From Vicugna vicugna (lineage: Eukaryota): 64,000 nucleotides of DNA. Positions 1 to 12,677 of this stretch are shown one piece after another. Within the stretch, counting starts at the first letter, position 1. The number at the start of each line of letters is the position of its first letter. The notes under the pieces are model-generated. The model did not search any database, was not told the origin of the DNA, and worked only from the letters and a program-made list of their open reading frames with translations. The translations under genes were made by a program, and so were the position numbers. The DNA lies in contig MU058781.1 of assembly GCA_013265495.1 (NCBI GenBank), forward strand, positions 6,786,522-6,850,521. Reading direction: 5' to 3'.

Positions 1-1647
1 GTGGTCATTCACGGCGGTAGGGAGTGTCTCTTCAAGACAACACAAAGAGCCGACAGCCAAGGGTAAAGCTTCCCTTTCCTCCAAGCCTTCCTTCCTGTTC
101 CCTGTCTTTAAAAAGAAAACAAAAACAAAAAAAAAAACCAAGGCTCTGAACTTCTTCCCTCAAGGGAACTGCATGCAGATGCTTTCCTCACGCCTCTTCT
201 AACAGCAGCAAAGCTCATCACACCTACAGACCAGACTCCGAAGGGCCAGCCGGAATCAATAACTCCACTCTTGTTTCAAAAGAATGGGTAAGAGGACACA
301 AACCAGAAGGGAAACACACACAGACACACATACCCCCGTCTGTCTCTCTCCAGAGTTCATCTCACAATCAAAGAAAAGAAATACTGGGGATTAGTCACAA
401 TTTTGGTAGAACGGAACCCTCAGAAACAACGAGCCGCCCAAGGAAGCTTCAGGCTGACAGCTCTGGAAATGTCATTTCTCCACCCCTAAGCACACATACT
501 CATCACATAAAACAGCTGTTTGCCTACAAGAAGAGCTTAAAAATCACTGGTTCCCCAAAAGAGCACAACTGTACAAGATAAAAACTAATGGAAAGGTCTA
601 AATCAGAAGACTTACAGTGTCCTGTAGGCACACGTAAAAGCTGCTGTCCTAGCTGAGACAGGGGCTCACAGCACGTCTGCAAGGAGCCCAGGCTCCTCAG
701 CCAGCGGGTAAGGACTTCGGGTGTCTGGAGCTGGTGGCTGTCTTATTTCACTTGCCGCCTCCAATTCTCCCATCAGCTACTACAGGCAAACAGAGCCTCC
801 CAAGAGCAGTCACCCTGTCCTCCCGAGTTTTCTGAACACGCTGACAAGAAGTAAATTACAATGCAACCCATGTCAGCCCCTATAAATGTTACCTTCTTAC
901 TCTATTTGACATGTTAGTTGGGATAAATCTGAATTTTACAGCTTAAAAAAAATCGTACAGATTACCTAGTTCAGCCCTCAGTTTGACTGATGAAGAAACT
1001 CGGACGGAAAAGGATTGATGGCTAGCTCAAGGAGACATACCACATCAGTGGCAGAACCAGGCAGCACGCAGACTTCACATCCAGCCATCACACCATCCTA
1101 ATCCTCCACAGAAATGGGGTCCCCAGGGCTCTGCAGTAATACAGGAGCTGAGGCTGGGATCACCACATAGGTACAGGACCTGACGCAGGGAGCTGTGGTC
1201 CATGCACCATTAGAAAGCTGAAAAACCTGTGCTTCTCGAGAAGTCAGGTGAAGGAGTCAGGTGAAGGGACAAATACCCTACATGCAGATAACTGAGGTAA
1301 TTTCTTCGCACCCCCTGCTATAATTCTAGTAAAAGTAAGTAAGAGGTATTCTGATTAAATCCACCTGGCTAGAGACCAGGAGGCTTTTTTTTTAAATGGG
1401 AGAGAAGTTATTTAGCATTGTAAGGCTTAACTTTCTTAATAATACATACCCTTAGCACAGGAAGACCCTGTTTAAGTTCCATAAGTTGCCTTAATGAGGT
1501 AAATATTTAGGCTGATTTTATGAGGCTTTCAAGACACTAATTTTGAGAAAGTTAATGGTTATGAGAATTTGCATACATGATCACACTCGAAATAAACCAA
1601 AGGACAAGTTGTGAAACTCGGCTTTAAAACCTGACTTATTGAACTAG

Positions 1648-2045
1648 GCCAGGGCTTTTCAACCTTGGCTACACATGAAAATCAACTGCCAACCATGTGA
1701 GTTAACCACCTTGGACAGTCAACCCGGTCAAGCCTTCAGATGACTCTGCCCTCAGATTTCTAGTCTTTACAGATGCGACCCCAGGGATGGTGGAGACAAG
1801 TCATATCTACTCCGTCTGAATTTCTGACCCACAGAGTCCAGGAGCAGATGGTGGTTTCAGACCACCAACTTTGGGACTGATCCGTTAAAAACAACAGTAA
1901 CTGGGACACGTGGGAAGCGTTTAAAACGCCCAATGCCTAAGGTACACTACAGCCCAATTAAGCCAGAAACTCGGGGAAGGACCCAGGCATCTATTTTTAA
2001 AGCACCCCAGGTGATTCTAAAGTGCAACCAAGGTAAAGAATCAAG
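1648..2045. mobile_element. MER5-type hAT DNA transposon interrupted by an MLT1 (MaLR LTR) fragment (~1690-1908)
   Basis: MER5-like ends (cttttcaaccttggctacac...; ccccaggtgattctaaagtgcaaccaagg). The interior resembles an MLT1 3' part (gaatttctgacccacagag...). Confidence 0.6.
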
Positions 2046-2049
2046 TCCA

Positions 2050-2272
2050 GATTTGTTCTGTCCAATATGGTAGCCACCTGCCACATGTAGCTGTTTAAAT
2101 TTAAATTAATGAAAATTAAGTAAAAATTTAAAATTCAGTTCTTTGGTTGCACTGGCCACATTTCAAGTGCTCAATCACCATGCATGGCTAGTGGTTACCA
2201 TACTGGACAGCAGATGCATAAGACATTTCCATCATCACAGAAAATGCTATTATTGGATGGTGCTACTCTAGA
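2050..2272. mobile_element. MER3 hAT-Charlie DNA transposon
   Basis: ctgtccaatatggtagccac...ggccacatttcaagtgctcaat...ggctagtggttaccatactggacagc...tctaga resembles the MER3 consensus. Confidence 0.75.
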
Positions 2273-2440
2273 GCAGTGATTCTCAAAGCCTGGTCCTGAG
2301 CTAACAGCATCAGTATCACCTGGGCACTTGTTAGAAATATTTTCTCAAGCCAAGGTACTGGATCAGAAGCTTTTGGGGTGGGGCTCCCCAAACAATTCCA
2401 AATGGCTCTGATGCGCACTCAAGTAAGAGAATCCCTGGTC
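2273..2440. mobile_element. MER5A hAT element
   Basis: cagtgattctcaaag...cagcatcagtatcacctgggcacttgttagaaat...ctgatgcgcactcaagt. Confidence 0.65.
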
Positions 2441-5400
2441 TTGTTATAGCGCATACAACGTCAGTTTTTCCATGACCTAGCTCACACTTAAATCATAAAA
2501 TTATCAACTTTCAACTCTATTATAATGTAAGAGAATAGTTCCTGTAGTCATGCAATTTCAAAGATGTATTTTTGTGTTAGCAAGCTCGCTTGAGAAGAAA
2601 TGCCTTTCAATTAGCAAATGATTTTTTACAAGTTCCATGAAGATGCTCTCAGTTATTTATAATTATCAGAAACAACCTAAAGATCCAAAAATATAGAAAT
2701 ATGGTTAAAAATTATGAAACTCAACAGACTACTCAATTATTTAAATTATTAATTGTGCAAACTATGTTGCATGACAAAACACCAATGGGAGAAAAGCAAA
2801 ACAAAACTGTCATCACAAATATTTATATTATATGGATAAAGACAAAATGAAGGTGGGGGAAAATAAAAATAATGAGTTTGTTAGGCTTGGCTGGACAATG
2901 ACCAGCCCCTCTCCTTTTTTAATTCTGCCGTGCTGTTACCTATGCAAAAAACATTTTAGAGTATCTAAGGAAGCAATCTTCTTAAAAGATACAATTGAGC
3001 TTTGATGTGAAAAGTCCATTGCAAGAACAACTTGGTAAAATAGACCTACTTAATCGATGTTTCACTGCACTGTGCATCTCATAGGACCATGAAATCAGGA
3101 CTGGATTCAAACAAATGATGGCTGTCCACCTAATCCTGAGTTCTAATCCTGGGAGTCTATGAGAATTTCCCCTCTCTACCTTTCTTTTTCAACCTTAGTT
3201 CTTACATTCAAATATGAGAAAGACGCATTTTTACAACAAAACTTTAGTGATGTGAAAACCTGATGTTTTTTCCCTATGTTTATTTAGTTTCCATATCATT
3301 GCTGGGTGACAAAATGCCAAACACACTAATTTCCAAGGAAGAATTTCTCACATTTCCTTTAACTTAGGTTATATATGCACATTGCTTTGGATGCTTACCC
3401 TACGATTCCCTTACTTCCAAGTAATTTAAAATAAGAACAAAAATTTCTGCAGAAAGCAAGTTCCATGATGCTCTCCTCATGATAAAGCTTTCCTTCCTAA
3501 AACTTATAAAGATCAGAGTCATGAGCCACTCACGTATATTTTTAAAACCACTACTACTACCCATTATCAGACATAGATACATACACACAAAGAAATGACT
3601 CTTAATATACTGGTATTGAAGGACAGAAAAGAGATTTGTGGACATATGCATAAATAACATGCACTTTGTGTGTATTTGAAAACACACATGAGAAATTAAT
3701 GACTGCCGTTACCTTCCTTTTGGAAAGGTGAGGGGGTGGAAAGAGCAGAGATGACAGCAGGGATGAGAGGGACACTCTGCACTGTACATCTGTTTAAGCT
3801 TTCATTTTAAACTATTACCTATTTTAGCAAATGAGGGGTTCTCTTCCCCCTTCCTGAATCGCCTGGCTTCTGCATCCTGTTCCACATCCTGCACGCACGC
3901 ATGCACACATAATCATCCAGAAGTAATTTGCAGCAGGTATACTTTCGCTTTCTTTGCCAAAGGACTTTCTCTGGATCTTAAAAAAGCGAACCTGTACTCT
4001 TAGCACCCACACGACCAGCACAGATGCCACCTGTCTTTGCAGGATGCCAGGACCCTGCGTCACACCCACAGCCCCCATCACACTGTGAACCATCCCAGTG
4101 TAGAGGGCCTGCTATGTGCCAGGTGCTGTTCCAGGGCATGGGACACAAAGGTAAGTAGGAGGAGGGACCTGCCTTCCTGGAGCTCCCAGCCTCAAGGAGA
4201 GGAAGAAAAGACAGAAGAGGAAGCAGGTCATTTCCAAATGAAATGGTATATGTAATGGCAAAAGTACAATCTACCTAATCCACTACATTGTGCTTCAACT
4301 ATTTTTTCCTTTCTCTTCCCACATCTCTCAAAGTTGAGAGCTTCTGGCATAGGCACGGGGTCCACAGTGATCTTTGCCTCCCCATGCCAAGCATGGTACT
4401 CACATGATCTGAACTTCATAAATGTCTCCCGCAGACTGATGAAAAGGTATTTCAAGAAACAAATTCATATATATCTTTATGTTTCAGAATGACCATTGGT
4501 ATACACATCAGCAATCAACCTAGACCTCTTAGAATTTCAGGACCAAAACAAATATCTTTAACCTGAGAAGCCCTGTGATCTTTTAGTCCTTAACATGCAG
4601 TCTTGGCTTTGCTTCCATAAAGGGGGAAAATTATGAAGGCTAAGCCTATCTGTTTCTTTTCCTGGAAACCAATGCACTCTTGCTAGTAGGACTGAAAACT
4701 TTCACTCACCAACTTAAAATTCCAATCATGGTTAGTATATTAGCAATTTCTTGCAATTTTCAGAAAAATAGTCATTCTCAATTTGACACAGTTTTTCCAA
4801 TATTAATTTAAAGACTTCTTACACTTCAAATCTTGGACTTCTAGGTAAGGAAAATAATAGTATCACTTTGCCGTGCTCTATCCCTAAACAAATGATAGAA
4901 ATGAATTACAAGCATAACATGAAGCATTGCCGCAATTAATCAACGCAGAACCCAAGGGAGGAACTGTTTCTATTTTTAAATGTACTGTTGCTTTAAGGAA
5001 AAACCCGGTGGAGAACTACAAGACCAAGCTGCATAATGAAAATCAAAATGCACTGGTGTCTCCATCCTTGCAAAGACAGTAATCCCAGCCTGCAAGCACC
5101 ACTGCTATGTTGACTCCTCCCAGTTTGTCTGTAAACTCAATGACAGGTACCCATGCAGATTCGCAAAGGGCCCATCCACTACTCAAAGAATCCTTATCTG
5201 TCAGGAGGACAGAACAAGAGCACACCCATGTTTCAATGCTATTCTTATAGCTCCAGATAAGGGGATACAAACGGATAAATCCCCACGTCACCCTTCAAAT
5301 CATTACTTAAAAGATTCTGATTAGTAACTGCAGTGGTGGCCTTAAAAATGATCAGCTGATTATTTAGCATTTCTAACCAACTGTCTACAGTTATAATTCC

Positions 5401-7109
5401 TATCCAAATTCCACAAAATAAAATCTGTTTCTGTCCACAAATGACAAAGCTTCATTTCATCAAACAGTAGCTAACAGTAGCACTCCTTATGGTTAAGAGT
5501 GACAAGGAGCAGGTGCCAAACCAGCAAGGAAAACAGAAGCCACCGCTACATAAGAGAATTTAACATTCTACCTGTTTCTTAGACTGCTTTGAAGAATCTG
5601 AGCTGGCAGAATTTTTTTCTGAAACAATATAAAAATACTCAGTTTGGAGGGAAAAAAATGTTGACGATGTGCGCTTCTAACTTAATCTGTAAATATTTTA
5701 ATTCGCTCAATGAGTTTTTACTTACTATTATCATGAAATATACAACGACATTGCTATAAATTATCTAAAATACTATAAATATTGTAAATGTACTTAAAAA
5801 TATTATCCAAGAATACATCCATTACTGAAAAGTATTTAACACATTTTAAATACAACTTAGTTATTTACAATCACCCTAACAATCTGCTATAGGAAGCAGA
5901 ATGTTTGTACACTGGATAAAAATTCTAGCCTCAGCAAAAAAGGAAAGAATCCTCAATCTTACCTCCTTATAATTTCTCCCCCCAAGTTTAGCAAAACTAT
6001 GCCTGAGCACCACAGGATGACAGAATGAAGGCAGTTGCTTCCTTTAGCAATAAAGTAACAAACCTACTTCAGAGTCTCTCTTCAGTGAAAAAAAATCTCT
6101 GAAGAGCAAAAGAATCACTCAATTGTATCACATCAATCAACAGGTGACTTTTAGAAAAACGAACTCATGTCTCAGAGGAATTAATTTTGTCAAATCTCGC
6201 CGGTTTCTCTTTCCTATTTTTACAAGCTACTGCATTGCTATACTGAACGAATTCCAACCGTTTTCTTCTTAGGGGCTTACCAGAAAAATGCCAAATATTC
6301 AAATTATTTTAGGGCATTTTCCCATACTGCTGCGTGGAATAGAGCAGAATTAATAAGGATCCAACAGTTACCACTTTTCAAATGCAAATATGTTGCCATC
6401 TAGTAAATGCAGCCCCCTCTTAAACATCCCCCACCCCATGCCTACTCGGCTCTGGTCAGTACTTTTGTTCCCTTGAAAATCAAAATTCGGGCATTACAGG
6501 CAGGCTTTATCTCAACCCAGCACCAACAAAAAAATAGATTTTAAATGGTCTAGGCCTGAGCCTGCTTCGTATCAAACGTTTTGCTTTATTGTGGGAGTGT
6601 TCCCGCCCACCCTTCATTTTAACACACAAAGTTCCTCAACAATTCTGCCAAATAAAGCAAACAGTACTGTGGTGGAAAGAACCAAGGGCACTGGGTTCCA
6701 CGAACCAAGCCTTGGGGTGGTCACTTGCCCGCCTCAGGCCTCAGTTTTCTCATCTGTAAAATGTGGGCGTTGCATTAATCATTTCTAGGGTCCCATCTGG
6801 TCCCACCCTCACTCTCCGAGTGCCTCGAAGCCGGTCGGGGACACAGCGGACTGGTCCTGGCACTGCCCGGGGTGCCCTGCCTGATGCCGCTCTAGATGGG
6901 AGGGGACAAGGGGGGAGGAGACAAGGAGGGGGGAAACAGAGGGAGGAGAGAGAGGAACTTGGACTTGCAACAGCTTCAGACAGGAGCGTGCGACAAACTT
7001 GAAGCCGTCCTCTTAACAATAGGAAAGAGCACTCCCATTTTCCTGGCTCAAACTTGCAGGAGACGCCGGGGCGGGATCCTCCTGCCCGCCCTCTCGGTAC
7101 CCGCTTTAC

Positions 7110-7200
7110 CTTTCTCCCTGTTTGGTGTTAGAAGGAGGAGGGTGCAGGACCGTTTGATTCCCTTCCATCTCCACCACGCACTTGGTGTTCAGTTCCAGTT
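7110..7200 (-). CDS. KIF13A: KIF13A coding exon 2 (kinesin-3 motor domain N-terminus), 91 nt
   Basis: Translates (E)LELNTKCVVEMEGNQTVLHPPPSNTKQGER, matching the mammalian KIF13A N-terminus as I recall it (MSDTKVKVAVRVRPMNRR-ELELNTKCVVEMEGNQ...). Flanked on the minus strand by a polypyrimidine tract plus acceptor (ttttgctttcag|) and an AG|GTAAAG donor. Synteny with NHLRC1 agrees. Confidence 0.95.
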
Positions 7201-7295
7201 CTGAAAGCAAAAGGGAAAACGAACGCTGCAAAGTCCAGCATCCGTGCCTGCAGCCCGCCTCGGCGCGCCGCGCCGGGCTCTCCCCGGAGGCGGCA

Positions 7296-7330
7296 GAGCC
7301 GGGAGCCGGGAGCCGGGAGCCGGGAACCGG
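7296..7330 (+). repeat. 7-bp tandem repeat (GAGCCGG)x4 + GAACCGG in KIF13A intron 1
   Basis: Read directly from the sequence. Confidence 0.9.
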
Positions 7331-7432
7331 CGCGCCGGGTCCGCGCGGCCGGTGCGGGCGCCGGCTTCGCTCGGGCCCCGCCAGCCCCGCGGCCCCGCAG
7401 TTTCCAAAGTTGCCCCCGCCCTCGGCCCGACC

Positions 7433-7825
7433 NNNNNNNNNNNNNNNNNNNNNNNNNNNNNNNNNNNNNNNNNNNNNNNNNNNNNNNNNNNNNNNNNNNN
7501 NNNNNNNNNNNNNNNNNNNNNNNNNNNNNNNNNNNNNNNNNNNNNNNNNNNNNNNNNNNNNNNNNNNNNNNNNNNNNNNNNNNNNNNNNNNNNNNNNNNN
7601 NNNNNNNNNNNNNNNNNNNNNNNNNNNNNNNNNNNNNNNNNNNNNNNNNNNNNNNNNNNNNNNNNNNNNNNNNNNNNNNNNNNNNNNNNNNNNNNNNNNN
7701 NNNNNNNNNNNNNNNNNNNNNNNNNNNNNNNNNNNNNNNNNNNNNNNNNNNNNNNNNNNNNNNNNNNNNNNNNNNNNNNNNNNNNNNNNNNNNNNNNNNN
7801 NNNNNNNNNNNNNNNNNNNNNNNNN
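7433..7825. other. KIF13A: Assembly gap (393 N), inferred to hide KIF13A exon 1 (ATG plus first ~18 codons)
   Basis: The N run is seen directly. The MSDTKVKVAVRVRPMNRR coding sequence is absent from both GC-rich flanks, so it should lie in the gap (inference). Confidence 0.85.
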
Positions 7826-9649
7826 CGGGCCGGCCGAGCGCGGCGCCCACCGGAGCGCGGCGGGGGCGGGGACGGTGGGGAACGGCGAGCGGCGCGGAGC
7901 TCGGGACCGCAGCCACCCGGCGCGGGGCGCCTGGACTCCCCGGGCCGGCCTGCACCCGCGCCGGCGGGGACCCCACGGACACCGCCTTGAGCCGCGGTCA
8001 CCTTCTGCGGCCGGTGTCAACCCCAGACCCAGAGCCCTTGGGCGTGCCGGGTGGGCAGGCCTTGCCCACGGAATTAAATACGCCTCAGCCGAAATGCCAG
8101 CACGCCGCCCCCTTCGCCCGCCCCACACCGAGCGCGGCGGTATTTCCACATCCTTGTGGTGAACCGAGGCTAGAAATCAGTCTGTGCATCTACCACCGAA
8201 AGTGTGTGTTTGCAAATACTGCTCTCGCTTCCTTCCCTGCCTTTGCACTTCTCTTGCGGGAAAGATGTCAAGTAGGCTGGGAGGGTCATTAACTCTTACA
8301 TAAGAATTTAATGGCAGTGGATTCTGTCGTCCTGCCGAAGGCCGACCTCGCTGCCGGGGCGGAACTGGGTGAATCTCATTTATTCTGTGTCGTTCAACAA
8401 GTGCTTATTGGGCGCTTACTGTGTGCGAGGCATTTTGAAGCGTACAAAAATCTAAAATCCCGAGTTTAGGTCTGGGGAAGTCTTTACAGTTGGCTTAAAT
8501 GTGGAAACTCAATCATCCATAAGTTCATTGGAAGTTGTATTGGGGGCCAGCTGTGTGCAAGGTGCTGTGGAGGACACACGAAAACGTGAATCAGGTTGTG
8601 CATCCTGTCCCACAGACGCACACTCTGTGACGGGGAAAGTAGCACAGAGCCAGGTACGATGCTAGACAGTGTGGCAGATGGCATTTCTGTCTCCAACAGG
8701 TGCCCAATTCTGGGCTTGACTCTCCCGCCTCCACTCTTCTTTTTTCACACTCTCTTCCCCCAATTCTCTGTCAGATCATGAAAGCCTTGAATGCCTAAGA
8801 AATTTGAACTTTATTCTAAAGGCAATGGGAACTGAATGGAGGCTTTGGTTTGGGGGACTGACGTGTTCAGAGCCTTCCGAGGAATGACTCATAAATGACC
8901 ATCCAGAAGGCTACTGCAGTCTTCTTGATAAGAGGCGATGATGGCCAGAACAAAGCCAATGGCCATGCAGATGGAACCCAAAGAGCAGAGGCAGGACTTA
9001 CTGTGGACAGAAGAGTGAGAGGACTTAGCAGCCACCGGGATGTGAGAATGGAAGGTTGCAAGGGATGGAAGACAGGGTCTGGGAGGATGCTGGCCCATAA
9101 CACACCATAAATAGATAAGAAAAGGTCCTAAGGTGAGAGGGCTATCATTAATTTGGTGTTGCTGGTTAAATAAACAGTTTACTTGGTCTTTTTGCTAAGT
9201 GGTCTTTCTGCTTTGCACCTTTCCCTACCTCTCCAACTTTAAAGGCCCAGATTAGTCCTCCCCTCTTCATAAAGGGATTTGCTAAAAGTCTCTTCTTCGA
9301 GACCGTGTTTGCCTTAACTGATTTGAAATTACATCTTTTTAGAGTGGGAAAGTCCTTTGGGGGTCTTCTGGACCCTTCTACAACCTCCCCCAAAGTGGTC
9401 ATCCCTCTGCTTGAGTATGTTTGCTGGCAGAGCGCTCACCACAGGGGACTCTGTTCTCAAGTTCTACGGCTGGAGAAGAGCTCCTTGAGGAATCAGATTT
9501 TCCTCCCTGTGAATTCCAACCATCGATATCAGCGCTGCGTCTCAGAACTTCCCCACGCCGAGTCAAACTCCTCTTGTGCATGACAGCCCTTCAGACACTG
9601 GAGGATGGCTCTCCCGCTCTCCTGAAGACCTCTGTTCCGCAGAATATGC

Positions 9650-10160
9650 TGTCCCAGTTCCTGTGGTTGTATAACACATCCTCCCCCAAATTAGCAGCTT
9701 AAAACAATTTGAGAAAGGCTCATCTGGGCAATTCTGGCTCTGGCTCTGGCTCTGTCATGAGATTGCAGGCAGATGGTAGCCGGAGCTGGACCTGTGGGGC
9801 ACAGGGCAGAGGGGAACAGCTGGAGCAGGACAGGCATTTCTTTTCCTCTAGGCAGTTTCAAGATTGCTCCTGGGATCCTTCTGCGCAGGTGGCTTTGAGC
9901 TTCCTTACTGCATCGTGGCTAGGTTCCTAGAGTGAGCATTTCCAGAGTACTTGTGGACGCTCTGTTGGCTTTTATGACCTTACCTGAGAAGTCCTGTAGT
10001 GTCACTCCTGCTGTAGTCTCACAAGCCCTCCCGAATCCCAGGGGAGGACTGTAGTCCCTTCATCTCAATGGGGGAAATGTCAGAGTTAATCTTTTAAGAA
10101 GATCATGTTGGGTGAGAGATATTTGTTGCAGCCCTTTTTGGAAAACACAATTTGTCACAT
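9650..10160 (-). mobile_element. Old MaLR LTR (MLT1-type)
   Basis: tgtataacacatcctcccccaaattagcagcttaaaacaa...gggcaattctggct...gctttttatgacct...gaagtcctgtagtgtcactcctgc, typical of an antisense MLT1. Confidence 0.55.
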
Positions 10161-12677
10161 CATGCGTTCTCTCACTTATCCTGGCCATCCTTCTCTGAAA
10201 GAATTTTATAATATAGGAATCTGATGGGCTGTATTTGAATCTTGAATCACATGTAGCCTGGAATAAGTTTTTAACCCTCTTGCCCCACCCCACCCCCAGT
10301 CTCCAGCTGGTTCCTGAGTAAACGGGGACTCTGAACTCCGACCCCACAGGACACAGAAGACACATTTTTTGAGTGAATGCGCAACATACAATGTTCCACT
10401 TTTTCTGAGAACTACTGTTTTCTCTCCCCACCAACTCCTACCCTTGGGCTCCCGGGCCTCAGCTACCATATACATATACCATAACCCCACATTCCTGGTA
10501 TAGCCAGTGGACCCCAAGGGTCCTGCCACAAGCTGAATCTCTCAGATTCTTCCCCCTGGAAATCTGGGCTTGGGATTCAGAGGGTGGTGACTGAGGGTGA
10601 GACCCTTGGAATCAAACTCTCTGGTTTGAATCCCTGAACCTTCCCTTTCTGAGCAAAAAATAATTTGTATTAACTATTCTGAGCTCAATTTACTTATTTG
10701 TGAAATAGGATGCTGGTGACTGATGATAGAAGGACCCACTGCATAGGGTTGTTAAGAGGATAGAATGAGTTATTACCTGCAGAATTTGCACTCACAGCAC
10801 TGTGAGTGGAAGCTGGCACCTCCCTGAGGTCAACCGGAGGGCTGGGGAGGGGCTGTATTCTTCACAGTCACAGGGAGGCCCAGAACCCTGCTCTGAAGTA
10901 GAATTAAGAAACCGCTGCGCAGGACACTTAAGGAAGTGAGAGCTGTTTGGGTTTGGTTTCTGAAAGTTTCTGAAAACCTTCCAGGTTCTCCTGCTAGGCT
11001 CTAGCAAGGCTGAACTCCATTCCTGCTGCTAGATTATGTCTACAGTGAGGATAGAATTAAGCTGGAAAAAGTGCCAGTGTGACTGAGAAGACAAAAAGCT
11101 CAAAGAACAGTAGCGATGGTATTTTATCAGCGTGAAGAACGTCAACAAATGACGCAAAATATTGCCGACAGTGCTCTTCATCCGCAAGTCCGTTCAGCAG
11201 GGGAGTGCGTAGAGCTGGACACACAGACGGTGGGCACCGCGAAGAGTGACCGGCAGCACGGTGCGAGGAGTGAAAGCGTGCACTTTGGGGTCATGCAATC
11301 CGGGTTCAAATCCCAGCTCTGCCACGCGCCTGTGGTAGCCCCACAGATGTGCAGATTACCCTCTCCAGGCCACAAAGGGAACCTGTTGTCCTGCCACGAC
11401 TGGTTCTTCAGGCTGACCTGCGATGAAGGGGTGGAGTGGGGGCCTTCCCAGGGCCCTTCCAAAGAAAGAAGTTCCCAAAGGGTGGGAGGGGAGCTTGTGG
11501 GAACCCGAATCTCAGACATTTGGCAAGCAGAAATCCAAGGAGTTATCCATCTAAGAAGTAGCCATAGACTGGAGACCAAGGATTTTAACTGATTGGATTT
11601 CTTAAGAAGAATCTGGAACTTTCTAACGCACTCAGGCTTGGTTTTCTTCTTCTCTCTAATTGAAGTAAGCAGTTAAAAAAAAATGCTAATAAAGGGACGG
11701 ACGTGCTTTTTTCCAGCGGCAGCTAGGGGAATTCTGGGAGCTAGACAGTGTCCCACTCTGGAGTCAGCCTGAGGAAGTAGAAGCCCAGGGAGCAGTGAGG
11801 CAGCTTGTTGGGGTCATGGGCCCCCAGCTGCGTAGCAGTGAGGGCTCATCGGAGAGCTGGCCTAGACAGAGAAGAGCCCGGAGTGGTCCCGGGAGTGGTC
11901 CTGGGAGACGGACGGGCTGGTGGGGCTTCCCTGATAGCACAGCCTAGCCTGGACATTCTTTTCAACCATCTCTACAATCCCCCAAAGACCAGAGTAACCA
12001 ATTAATACTGCTGCTGTACCCCCCAGTCACTAGATGCTCCCCAGTCTGTGCATTTTACATGTGTGCACTTCTCTACCAAGAGCTTGCTAATAGGGCTTTA
12101 TGTTAGAAACCGGAAATCCCATGGGTTCTGAAGAACTGGCAGACACCTAATAACAAACATCCCAGGGACTCTGGAATCATCCGATTTCAAGCTCACTCAG
12201 CCAGAAGGGGGCTGCCAGGCTGATGCAAAAACTGCTAATGATTTAAGTCTTTAATGGATCAAAGAGTAATGATGGAGCAGGCAAATACTTAAGAGGCTTT
12301 CTATAAACCTACTCTAACAACTGTCTCCATCAGCCTAGACTAAGTTATGCCATGGTGACCCAACATCCTCCAAATCTCACTGGCTTACAAAAACAAGGCT
12401 TTCTACCTCCCTCATGTGACTTGTCCATCACAGCCTGGTTATGACTCTGCTCTTACCATGGTCACTTTGAGTCTCTGGCCGATGAAACAGCCCCTAGCTG
12501 GGACGATGCCAGTTTTGAGGCAGAAGGAAAGGAAAAGATGGCAGACCACACAATGGCTCTTCAAGCTTTTGCTCAGAGATGGTACCTATCACTTCTCAAT
12601 TTTCATTGGACAAAGCAAATCACATGGTCAAGCCTAACCTGATGGGGCAGGGAAGAGTACTTCTCCCCTAAGGAGGG

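Larger units (their letters stand above)
1..7109 (-). other. KIF13A: KIF13A intron 2 (proximal part; continues beyond the window start)
   Basis: Lies downstream (minus strand) of the GTAAAG donor at 7109. No further kinesin motor-domain exon recognised in 1-7109. Confidence 0.85.
6810..8400. promoter_or_regulatory. KIF13A: CpG island / promoter of KIF13A
   Basis: Very high GC and CpG density either side of the gap, GC boxes (GGGGCGGG near 7863, GGGGCGG near 8356), sits at the gene's 5' end. Confidence 0.9.

Noticed and set aside
7106..8162. 248-347 aa ORFs across the KIF13A CpG island
   Set aside because: They run through 393 Ns and stop-poor GC-rich DNA. Only the 91-nt exon 2 is supported.
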